From contig JAGXBC010000001.1 in assembly GCA_018971305.1 (NCBI GenBank), positions 173,956 to 237,955 on the forward strand: a DNA stretch of 64,000 bases. Reading direction: 5' to 3'. Made by a program: the position numbers and the translations under genes. Shown in pieces: positions 1-8,494 of the stretch; within the stretch, counting starts at the first letter, position 1, and every line of letters begins with the position of its first letter. The DNA is from Patescibacteria group bacterium. Its GTDB lineage: Bacteria; Patescibacteriota; Minisyncoccia; UBA6257; 2-01-FULL-56-20. The notes below the pieces were generated by a model, which was given only the letters and a program-made list of their open reading frames with translations, was not told the DNA's origin and ran no database searches.

Positions 1-1977
1 ATGGGCGTCGGGAACGTTCTCATCCAGTTCCAGGGCGTATTTCAAAAGAGCCAAAGCTTGAGACGTGTCCCCCTCCAGATATTTTGTCTTGGAAAGAGAA
101 AAATAAACCTCCTGCCGGTTGGGGCTGAGCGAGAGGGCGATGGCTGCTTCTTTTTCGGCTCCGGGCAAATATAGTTTTGGGTCAATCGCCGAGCTTTGGT
201 TATAAACGTCAACGAGCAGATAATGGTTGAAGGCATCCAGGGGATGGGCGTCTCTTACCTTTTCCATCTGTTCGATAGACCACTTAACCTCATCCTCGGG
301 CACGCCGCCGTTATTATTATAAAAATAGGCCTGCGACATATCCGTCGCATAATCGCGGACAAAATTATAGTTATAGGGCGACCATACGCCTATGGCATCA
401 TGGAAATAATTTATACCCTGCTCTACCTTCCCATTGGCTAGATATTGATAGGCCCAATATTCATCGTAAGCCGCCTGGACCGTTAGAATATTGACGAAAT
501 AAACGACTATAGCGGCGGAGACAATTGCCGCATAGATTGCATATCCGGCAATAATTCCTCGTGGTTTTCCTGCGCCACCGTTGTTCTTAAAGTTATAACC
601 ACCAACTTCACCGCTGTCAGAGCTTTCTCGCCAATAAATTCCGTTAAGCAAGCCGAAAAGCATATAGAGCATCAACGCCGGCCCCAAAGTGTCAAATAGA
701 AAAAGATTCTGGACCGCGTAGGCCACGAAGGTGGCGACGGCTATTTGCCCGAAGATATTACGCGAACGCCAAGCCTCCCAAATAAAAGCCACGACTAGCC
801 CTAGAAAAGCCAGGGTAAGAGCAATCCCCCCCGCATTCAAAAGTTCCATAAGGAAATTGTGGGGCTTGTCGAATCTAGTTTCCTGATAATTGAGTTCCAG
901 GGAATGCGGGTCGTAATACTTATTGAAAACTATATTAAAGTTTTCCCAGCCCCAGCCCAGAACCGGCTTATCCAGAAAACCCTTCCAAGCGGCACGGATA
1001 GCGGAAAGACGCGGCTGGAGTTCTTCGCTGGAAAGAGAGACGGAAACATCTTTAAAGCGATTCAGACCGGGAATCCGCGACCAGAAAGAATTGCTCCTCG
1101 TAAACCAAAACCCAGCCCCTCCAACAATAATAAGAACCAGGACTATTCCATACAGCGAACGCTTATTGAGCCACTTGTTAGTAAGGGCAGGTGGTCGGAG
1201 AGTAAAGAGAATTAGTAGAATGAAAAGCCCCATACCCCAGCCGAGAATCGCCCCGCGCGTCTGAGTGAAGAACAGCGCAATAATGGAGGACGCCATGGAC
1301 AAAAACAAAAAAATGATCAGACCAAGATTCTTCTCTGATTTTTTTGCATTATTATTGATTACCCCGCCGATTTTATTCCTGAATTCGTCGAATAACAGAT
1401 ATAAAGCGAAGAAAAAATTGAAAATAAGATAGCCGGCCAAAAAAGAAGGGTTATCGAAAGTAGACCCTGGACGGTAATAACTAGCGGCCGAAGTGTCCAG
1501 CAGTTTTATCCAAGGCATGATCTCCGGAAACTTAACCTGAGAAATGGCGGTGATCGCCACCACGAAAGATGATATAAGTGTGGCATAGAGCAATCTTCGG
1601 TTATCCTTTTTTGTAAAAATAGAAGAGATTATAAGCATAAACGCCACCATATGAATTATAGTTACAACGCCGAAATCCCGCTCGTAACCGGACCAAAAAC
1701 TGTGCGAGGGATCAACTCCAAAAATTGAAGTTATAATAAGAGCGCCCAGAAAAACCGTTATCCCCCAAACAATCGGGGTCAATTTCGGTCTGTAATCTTT
1801 ATTAAATATAACGAGCGCAAGCCATAGAAAAAAAGCTGCTTCCGTTAGCGACTGGAAAAGGGCGGTTTTAGGAATAATCGCCGGATAAACCGTATCGGAT
1901 ATAAAAAACAGCGGCGTTACCGCAACTATGGCAAAGACAAAGAACTTTATTGTGTTTAAAAGATTACGTTCACTCAT
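1..1977 (-). CDS. polytopic membrane protein, O-antigen ligase/polymerase-like (Wzy/WaaL type); partial, C-terminal end runs past window position 1
   Basis: Minus-strand ATG at 1977 gives MSERNLLNTIKFFVFAIVAVTPLFFISDTVYPAIIPKTA... The frame stays open to position 1, where the translation reads ...QALALLKYALELDENVPDAH. It is absent from the ORF track because it is unterminated in the window. It is mostly hydrophobic helices with a soluble tail. Confidence 0.5.
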   Translation of the reverse strand, partial: MSERNLLNTIKFFVFAIVAVTPLFFISDTVYPAIIPKTALFQSLTEAAFFLWLALVIFNKDYRPKLTPIVWGITVFLGALIITSIFGVDPSHSFWSGYERDFGVVTIIHMVAFMLIISSIFTKKDNRRLLYATLISSFVVAITAISQVKFPEIMPWIKLLDTSAASYYRPGSTFDNPSFLAGYLIFNFFFALYLLFDEFRNKIGGVINNNAKKSEKNLGLIIFLFLSMASSIIALFFTQTRGAILGWGMGLFILLILFTLRPPALTNKWLNKRSLYGIVLVLIIVGGAGFWFTRSNSFWSRIPGLNRFKDVSVSLSSEELQPRLSAIRAAWKGFLDKPVLGWGWENFNIVFNKYYDPHSLELNYQETRFDKPHNFLMELLNAGGIALTLAFLGLVVAFIWEAWRSRNIFGQIAVATFVAYAVQNLFLFDTLGPALMLYMLFGLLNGIYWRESSDSGEVGGYNFKNNGGAGKPRGIIAGYAIYAAIVSAAIVVYFVNILTVQAAYDEYWAYQYLANGKVEQGINYFHDAIGVWSPYNYNFVRDYATDMSQAYFYNNNGGVPEDEVKWSIEQMEKVRDAHPLDAFNHYLLVDVYNQSSAIDPKLYLPGAEKEAAIALSLSPNRQEVYFSLSKTKYLEGDTSQALALLKYALELDENVPDAH

Positions 1978-2051
1978 TTTAGATGTACCGTTTTAATCAA
2001 TATAACAAATGTCGCCGCATATCGGCAATATTTTGTTTTCTCTACCGCAAC

Positions 2052-2080
2052 CAAAAAGACCCCCGAAGGGGCCTTTTTGG
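2052..2080 (-). terminator. rho-independent terminator after the surface-protein gene
   Basis: AAAAAGACCCCCGAAGGGGCCTTTTTGG forms a GC hairpin flanked by an A-run and a T-run. Confidence 0.5.
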
Positions 2081-2124
2081 TTCATACGATCTGGCAGTCT
2101 CAAGCCGCCGAACCGTAAGGCAAA

Positions 2125-5100
2125 CTACGTACCCTGAGCGAAGCTCGCCGAATTCAACTGAATCGGGAATAGCTGGCTCGAAGGCAGCGTAATGTTGCTG
2201 TTCGCGGCGCTATCAAGACCATCGGTGTAGAGAACATCCGTGGACCGAGTAGAGACGGTCGCAGCGAGAGACGTCACGTTCTGACCTGTAGAGGCCTGGG
2301 TCTTGGAATCGTTGACCTGCAGTGTCCAGTTCCTCGTCGAGCCGGCAGAAATCTGCTGGCCGTTAGACGTAGAACCGAAGTTGAAGGTAACCGAGCAAGA
2401 ACCCGAGCCGCCAGCGGCAACTGTCTGACATGTCGCAGCCGAGGATGTAGATTGAACCGTTCCAATGGATTGGTTGTTTTCATCCAAGATCTTGATGCCA
2501 TCCAAGAAACCAGTGCCGGAAACTGCGTTACCAGTGAAACTCACAACCATCGTGTTCAGAGCAACCGCACCCGCGCTGTCAGCCGAGAAGCTAAGAGTCG
2601 CGAAGTTGTCGGAAGTGCTCTTGGACCGTCCGGTTGTGGAACCCAAGGCCGTCGCGGCAAACGAAAGTTTGCTCCTCAAGACGGTCTGAGTGTTGCCGGC
2701 AGCAGAAGTGGTTGATACCGAAGACGTGCTGTTGGACGTAGCACCTAAGGCCGTAACAGCCGAACCATTCGCAATGTTGAACTGGTGGTTGGCATTATCC
2801 GTGGCTCCCGAAGAAGCGTAGGAAGAAGCGTCACCTTTCAAAGTAAGCGAGATGGAGTTCGCCTGCGGAACAACGAACGGAGTGGCAAAGTGGAATGTCC
2901 ATGCCCACAAGGCCGTTCCCGAAGTGACAGCCGAGCCGGCCGTGCCAACAGCCGTTGAGCCGTTGTACAAGGTCAGATTGCTGAATGTCGATTTAACGGT
3001 GGAAGTAGAAGAGACCGTGTCGGCGACCGTAAGGTCGGTGACCTTAACGTTTTCCGCGTTCGTGGTTTCCGTAAAGCGGAAGGTAGCCAAAGGATTCTGG
3101 GATGAACCCATCACAATCTGGCCAGCCGGGGCCTGCGAGGAATCGGCAGTTACCGAAACCGTCGCCTGTCCGGCAATCGTAATTCCCTGTCCAGCCGTCG
3201 AGGAACAGGTCAAGGCGTTGTAAGACGTCTGGCCCGTACCAGAGCAGGAAGAAAGGGTTGAGGCCGGGCTTACGGACGCAGCGCCGGACAGAATGTCGGC
3301 GTAGACGTCAACGTAAGTCGTACCGCCCTTCGCAACCGTGAACGGTGTTCCCGAGAACGAGTAGGAACCGCCCGAGGAAACTAACCCTTGGGTAGAACCG
3401 AACTGCGAGCCGTTAATCATAACGTGCAAGTTGCTGAGGAATGCCGTAGCGCCAGCCTTTACCGTCAAGTTGGAAACGGTCACGCCGTCAGCCGATGAGG
3501 CCGTCAAAGCGTAAGAGCCAATCTTAACGTTGGACGAAGGCGAGGCAACGGTCTGGTTGCCCAAAGCCGTGTTCTGCGCCGTCGTGAGCTGTGTGGACTG
3601 GAGCGTCAAAGACGAACCAGTTGCTCCGCCCGAAGAGTTGCTTGCGGACGAAGTCAAACCCTGCAGGTTACTGGTATTGCCAGTCAGAGAGGCAACTACC
3701 GTACCGAAGTCAGCACCAGACTGAATGTCTGCCTTTATAGACAAGACACGGGTCGTGTTCGCCGGAACTATATAGTTGATCGGCGAGGTGCCTGTACCAA
3801 AACAGTCGGTGTAGACACCACCCGTGTAAGAGGTGTTGCTACCACCGCCAACCGTAATATCACAAGTGTTCGTCGTGGCGGAAGGAGGCGTGTTGATGGT
3901 TGTACCCACCTGACCACCCGCGTCATCCGTCAAGGCGACATTTTTGACCTCGTTAGACAAGGTTGTCGTCGAATTGCCGAACGTCATCTTAAAGGTTAAG
4001 AATTTAACCTTAACCGCTTCACCCGCCGCGTAAATTGTGTACTTGGCGAGCGTCACGTTGGACTGTCCAGGAGCCAAGTTTCCAGTCGGCGTATCGGCCG
4101 CCTGAGAAACGGTTATTTGACCCTGCTGGATTGAAACCTGCGTGCCAGTGTTGGACGAGCCGGCGATCGGCACGTTGTACTGGGAGTCCACAGCGTAGAG
4201 ATCGTAAGAGTTCAAGATCTCAAACTGGAAGTTCTTGTTCGGAGAACCCATAACATCGGAGTAAACCTGAATGTTATTGGAGCCCGTGTTCAGAGTCCCT
4301 GGGTTGGACGACATATCAAAGTAGGCAGTTCCATCAGCCCCAACTGAGGCCAAGGTAGTGCCAGCCTGCGTGCCGTTAACCATTATTTTCACGTTGCGGA
4401 GGTCGGCGTTATTGGCCGAACCGATAACCGTGAACTTCAATCCTTTCAGCCAAACTTTGCTGTTGGAGACGCTGAAGTTCCAGGAACCGACAATGTTGTT
4501 CTGAGTACCGGCAGTGTCAGTCGTCGCAATGGAACTGGACGTAATTGTCAAGCTCGCAATGGAAGGATTGGTGACTGTCGTTACCGTGAACGTATTGCCG
4601 CTAAGAGGGAAGGCTCCGGAGGCCGAAACCGCCGCGCCGCCGCTCGTCGCGGAAACATTGCTTGCCGCTGCAATCGCGAATCCGACCGTGTTACCAGCCG
4701 TAAGACCCGTTGAAGGGTCTATGGCAAGCCACAAGGTGCGGGTGGCCCCGGCGTTTACGTTCAAATTCAATCCGGCGAAGTCAATGACTCCGTTGGAGAT
4801 GGAATTGTACTGATAAAGCACCTGGCCGTTTTCAACCAAGTAAGCTCCGGAAATGGAGCTATCGGAGATGACTCCGGTCTTGTTGAATTTCAATTCGGAA
4901 ACCGTAACTGCGCCAGAATTGCCTGCGGTCAAGTTCACGGCCATAACCGGAACGCGAGCCGCGGCAGTTGAAGCACTCGAAATGAGCGCGCCGGCTGATG
5001 GGTTCTGTGAAGACAGAGACACAACTAAACCGGAAGCTGGAGCAGGAACACTCGGAGTACTACTAGTAGAAGGAGTACTGGCCGACAAAGACGCGACGTA

Positions 5101-5520
5101 AGCGCGTGACTTTGCCCCGAAGTAACCGGCAGCCGGGCTAATGCCGTGAGCCGCCTGATACTTCGCAACAGCCGCCTTTGTTAAGGCACCGAAGTATGTT
5201 GATTCATGTCCCGGAGAACCCGCGCCGGACGCCGCAATCTGCGCGCCATTCGCATTCAAGAACTGCTGCAAGGCCTTAACATCGGCTCCGGAACTGCCCA
5301 CGGTGAGGTCGCGGGTATAGTTGTAAGAAGACGACATTGAAGAACCGCTGGCAGAGTTGAGCTGCGATTGGAGTTGCTGAATTTGCGTGAGCAACGCTGC
5401 GATCTGCGCCTGCAAGTCCGTAACGGACTGAGCAGAAGCAACCGGGAGAAGAGCGCCGGAGAACGTTATTAATGTCGTTCCCGCGAGCGCCAAAGAAACT
5501 AATTTCTTTGAGATATTCAT
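2125..5520 (-). CDS. large secreted/cell-surface protein with signal peptide, coiled-coil, peptidoglycan-binding-like domain and a long Ser/Thr/Gly/Ala-rich repetitive region
   Basis: 1131-aa ORF. The N-terminus MNISKKLVSLALAGTTLITFSGALLPVASAQS is a signal peptide. The LQAQIAALLTQIQQLQSQL segment is coiled-coil. ...LQQFLNANGAQIAASGAGSPGHESTYFGALTKAAVAKYQAAHGIS... resembles a PG_binding_1 domain. About 900 aa of low-complexity T/S/G/A/N-rich sequence follow. Confidence 0.8.
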   Translation of the reverse strand: MNISKKLVSLALAGTTLITFSGALLPVASAQSVTDLQAQIAALLTQIQQLQSQLNSASGSSMSSSYNYTRDLTVGSSGADVKALQQFLNANGAQIAASGAGSPGHESTYFGALTKAAVAKYQAAHGISPAAGYFGAKSRAYVASLSASTPSTSSTPSVPAPASGLVVSLSSQNPSAGALISSASTAAARVPVMAVNLTAGNSGAVTVSELKFNKTGVISDSSISGAYLVENGQVLYQYNSISNGVIDFAGLNLNVNAGATRTLWLAIDPSTGLTAGNTVGFAIAAASNVSATSGGAAVSASGAFPLSGNTFTVTTVTNPSIASLTITSSSIATTDTAGTQNNIVGSWNFSVSNSKVWLKGLKFTVIGSANNADLRNVKIMVNGTQAGTTLASVGADGTAYFDMSSNPGTLNTGSNNIQVYSDVMGSPNKNFQFEILNSYDLYAVDSQYNVPIAGSSNTGTQVSIQQGQITVSQAADTPTGNLAPGQSNVTLAKYTIYAAGEAVKVKFLTFKMTFGNSTTTLSNEVKNVALTDDAGGQVGTTINTPPSATTNTCDITVGGGSNTSYTGGVYTDCFGTGTSPINYIVPANTTRVLSIKADIQSGADFGTVVASLTGNTSNLQGLTSSASNSSGGATGSSLTLQSTQLTTAQNTALGNQTVASPSSNVKIGSYALTASSADGVTVSNLTVKAGATAFLSNLHVMINGSQFGSTQGLVSSGGSYSFSGTPFTVAKGGTTYVDVYADILSGAASVSPASTLSSCSGTGQTSYNALTCSSTAGQGITIAGQATVSVTADSSQAPAGQIVMGSSQNPLATFRFTETTNAENVKVTDLTVADTVSSTSTVKSTFSNLTLYNGSTAVGTAGSAVTSGTALWAWTFHFATPFVVPQANSISLTLKGDASSYASSGATDNANHQFNIANGSAVTALGATSNSTSSVSTTSAAGNTQTVLRSKLSFAATALGSTTGRSKSTSDNFATLSFSADSAGAVALNTMVVSFTGNAVSGTGFLDGIKILDENNQSIGTVQSTSSAATCQTVAAGGSGSCSVTFNFGSTSNGQQISAGSTRNWTLQVNDSKTQASTGQNVTSLAATVSTRSTDVLYTDGLDSAANSNITLPSSQLFPIQLNSASFAQGT

Positions 5521-5934
5521 TTAGTAAGTTTAATTTATTTTCGATTTAATTTATTTTATCGACCTGTTTTTGATTGGGTCGTCGACCTTTTTAATTTAAT
5601 TTGGAATCCACTGGCCTTCGTTTCGACCCCCATATCATCGGTGAGGACAATGTGCGGGGAACAAATAGCCGCGGAGTTGGTTTCTAATTATTAAAAAACT
5701 CGCTGTTCAAGGCGAGGCTGTCTAAGTTTAAAGATAAACCATACAACTATGACCAAAAAATATCATAGCCGCTAGCTTTTATCTTCGTGTCCGTTTTCAC
5801 GAACTGGTCCAGCCTCACACTGAACCTCTATTAAATTCTAGCAGAACCAAGAGCTAAAAGATGTGCATAAACCGACAGAATCAAGCTTTTGGTTAGCAAT
5901 ATATATAACGATGCTAAGGGCGAAAGGTTACCAA

Positions 5935-6615
5935 CTATTGTTGCCTACTTATCGTCCTATAGTAAGTAGACGGCCCACCATTTCCGGCCCTTTCTATGAG
6001 CCCCCGGGAAAGCAAATTTTGCATATCGTAACGCAACGTTCTTTCGCTAACACCAGGCAATATACCCTGTATTTCCTTCAATCGGCAATTGCCGTTTTGC
6101 CGTATTCTTTCCAATATTGCCGATTGCCGCATTTCCGATTTAATATAGTTGCCGCTTCCATTATCTAATTGACCATAATCAGAGTTATCCCGATTAACAG
6201 TGTTTTCAACGGTTAAATCTTTTGCCGTATTATCTTCAGTTGAATTAGTAATAGATGATTTATCGTATCCGGAAAATATATCATCCAATTTTATCTCATC
6301 TATTTTTGCCGGATTATCATATTCGGCAATTGCCGAATTTAGACCATATAATTCAGATATCACCTTATCAGAATTTGCCGGATGGAAAACCCCGACATCA
6401 GCTCCAAATCTTAGCAATCTTTCTAGGTTATCAGATGCCGAAAACATCGCAACCCGATCTTCGGAGGAAAATGCCCCCAAGACGATAAGCGCCGCGTCTT
6501 CCGCTTTATCCCTAAAACTTCCACTATTGACAGAGGACGCCATTCTCCAGACGGCATAGGCAACTTCATATGCTTTCTTTGTTAAAAACTTATCCTGATT
6601 ATTTATCCTGGACAT
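5935..6615 (-). CDS. putative transcriptional regulator with C-terminal DeoR-type winged HTH
   Basis: The C-terminus ...SAILERIRQNGNCRLKEIQGILPGVSERTLRYDMQNLLSRGLIERAG matches the DeoR/HTH_11-like pattern. A TTGACA-18-TATACT promoter lies upstream on the minus strand at 6630-6662. Confidence 0.5.
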   Translation of the reverse strand: MSRINNQDKFLTKKAYEVAYAVWRMASSVNSGSFRDKAEDAALIVLGAFSSEDRVAMFSASDNLERLLRFGADVGVFHPANSDKVISELYGLNSAIAEYDNPAKIDEIKLDDIFSGYDKSSITNSTEDNTAKDLTVENTVNRDNSDYGQLDNGSGNYIKSEMRQSAILERIRQNGNCRLKEIQGILPGVSERTLRYDMQNLLSRGLIERAGNGGPSTYYRTISRQQ

Positions 6616-6688
6616 TGAGAATCAGTATATTGCCGCAAGGCAAAATATGTCAACAGGCAAAAAATTAATATACCGATGCGGTAACTAT

Positions 6689-6719
6689 TAAAAAATCCCG
6701 CTTGGTATGGGATTTTTAT
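6689..6719. terminator. bidirectional rho-independent terminator (serves the sugar nucleotidyltransferase gene on the minus strand)
   Basis: AAAAAATCCCGCTTGGTATGGGATTTTTAT: AATCCC/GGGATT stem flanked by A- and T-runs. Confidence 0.6.
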
Positions 6720-6739
6720 TATATCTCTTTTATTCACCG

Positions 6740-7552
6740 CTATCTGTTGGCGATTTTGAGGATCTCTTCCGCCTTCTTAAGTTTTTCCAGCGTTCCGCAA
6801 TCAAGTCGTCTGCCCGGAAATTCCCAGCCATAAACCCTTCCCTTTATTATAAGCTCTATTTGCAAAGCAACTGCCAGAGGCAAGGCGTCGTCAGCAACCA
6901 TGGGCAACGTATCGGAAACACTTTTTAGATTTCTTAATATTGAAGGGGTTATGATATATCCGCCGACAATAGTGAGATTAGAAGGGGCTTCTTTGGCAAG
7001 GGGTTTTTCCACTATCTCCGTAACCTCGTAGATATTCCCTCCCCATCTATTATTTTTTGCCGCATATGTTTTTACCTTCTTGATCCCCACGACACCAAAA
7101 CGGGAAACTATTTTTTTAGGGACCCTTTCTAAAAGCAACACCGGAGAACGTTGCGATTCGTAGATTCTAATAAGAGATTGTAAAACAGGGGGTTTTTCGA
7201 TAATAATATCGTCACAAAATCTAACGGCGAAGGCCTCGCCACGGAGCAGATCGTAGGCCTGAATAATTGCGTGTCCATTGCCACCCGGAGTAGCCTGTTC
7301 ACGAACGTGAAAGCCCAATTCCGGGAATTTCTTTCCATGGACACGTAAATATTCCTGGAATTTGCCGCGGCCGGAGGGATTAACAATTAAGATAACTTCT
7401 TTTATGCCGCTCAGTACGGCCTCTTCTAAAACGTATTCAATAAGGGGCCTGCCGTTAACTTTTATGAGGTTTTTAGGGATGTGGCGGGTTAAGGGCAACA
7501 GCCGCTTTCCCCTGCCGGCCACAGGCAGAACAAGCTTTGTTATTCTCTTCAT
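6740..7552 (-). CDS. sugar-1-phosphate nucleotidylyltransferase, UTP-glucose-1-phosphate uridylyltransferase (GalU)-like
   Basis: The N-terminus MKRITKLVLPVAGRGKRLLPLTRHIPKNLIKVNGRPLIEYVLEEA has the LPxAGxGxRxxPxT nucleotidyltransferase signature. Length is 270 aa. Confidence 0.75.
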   Translation of the reverse strand: MKRITKLVLPVAGRGKRLLPLTRHIPKNLIKVNGRPLIEYVLEEAVLSGIKEVILIVNPSGRGKFQEYLRVHGKKFPELGFHVREQATPGGNGHAIIQAYDLLRGEAFAVRFCDDIIIEKPPVLQSLIRIYESQRSPVLLLERVPKKIVSRFGVVGIKKVKTYAAKNNRWGGNIYEVTEIVEKPLAKEAPSNLTIVGGYIITPSILRNLKSVSDTLPMVADDALPLAVALQIELIIKGRVYGWEFPGRRLDCGTLEKLKKAEEILKIANR

Positions 7553-7591
7553 GTTTTAAATTCTATAATCTAAATTATATATTCTCAAATC

Positions 7592-8314
7592 TCACAAACC
7601 CCACTGCGCCAACCCTAAAATCACCACCAGGAATGAGAAAAATATGGAAAAAGAAATCAATACCTTATCTTTTATTAATATCCCAGCCGAATAATCGGCA
7701 GCCAGCTCCATAAGCATCGTAGCTGTTAAAAATACCAGGGCCGACTGATAAAAAAAGTTTATAGGCAGAAGGAGGGCGACAAGAGATATCTGCCAGATGA
7801 TAATTGCTGAAATGCCAGCTATTATAGACGGGGGTATTCGAGCGCCGCCCGATGAATCAGGACGGTCAGCAAACCGCAGGAATTCATTGATGAGGAAGAA
7901 AAAAACAGCGGCAATTACAATCATCCAAACAAATCCAGCCACCGTCCCCCAGTTGTCAAATTTTGCAAAGAACTTAATAAAAGTCAAAAACATAATTGCC
8001 AGAACCAAAATCTCGTGAGCGGATTTCCTTCCGATAAAAATCAGGTCTTTGATGCCAAGAATGAGATAGAAAACCAACGACAACAGCACTGCAAACGGCA
8101 ATCCCGCCGGTTCCGCAATAGAGAAAAAAATAAGCACTGCGAAAGGCAGGAGTAACTTGATCGGCCGGAAAAACGGGACAAAATACATATATAAAGCTAT
8201 GAGGAAGAAAATCCAGAATGGCAGAAAAAACCAAGCTGCGCCGAAAATTACAGCCTTCACAACGTGGGCACGCAAGGGAATGGCCTTTTTAATTGTCGTT
8301 ATAAATTTATCCAT
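7592..8314 (-). CDS. hypothetical polytopic membrane protein
   Basis: The ORF is open from 8404. The probable start is the internal Met of MDKFITTIKK. At least six hydrophobic helices follow. No recognisable family. Confidence 0.45.
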   Translation of the reverse strand: MDKFITTIKKAIPLRAHVVKAVIFGAAWFFLPFWIFFLIALYMYFVPFFRPIKLLLPFAVLIFFSIAEPAGLPFAVLLSLVFYLILGIKDLIFIGRKSAHEILVLAIMFLTFIKFFAKFDNWGTVAGFVWMIVIAAVFFFLINEFLRFADRPDSSGGARIPPSIIAGISAIIIWQISLVALLLPINFFYQSALVFLTATMLMELAADYSAGILIKDKVLISFSIFFSFLVVILGLAQWGL

Positions 8315-8494
8315 CCCGTTAAAAAATGAACTCCTTGGCTCTCGACAAGGGACTGCATATGGCAATTGCAACGTGCCGATAGTTAAATGCCAGCCGACGA
8401 GCAATATTTACAACCGGATTCATCTATATAAAAATACCCCTCTATTGAAGAGTTGTAAAATTAACGGTCCACCCGTGCACGATATGAATAAGAT

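Noticed and set aside
859-1264. Two overlapping plus-strand ORFs (113-118 aa)
   Set aside because: Antisense to the long membrane-protein frame that runs 1977 to 1.
2274-5101. Multiple 60-120-aa ORFs on both strands inside the surface-protein gene
   Set aside because: Alternative frames of a GC-rich repetitive coding region.
5600-5935. Possible riboswitch in the long leader of the surface-protein gene
   Set aside because: Only a terminator hairpin (CTCGCCTTGAACAGCGAG + T-run on the minus strand, 5695-5718) and weak stems. No recognisable riboswitch consensus.
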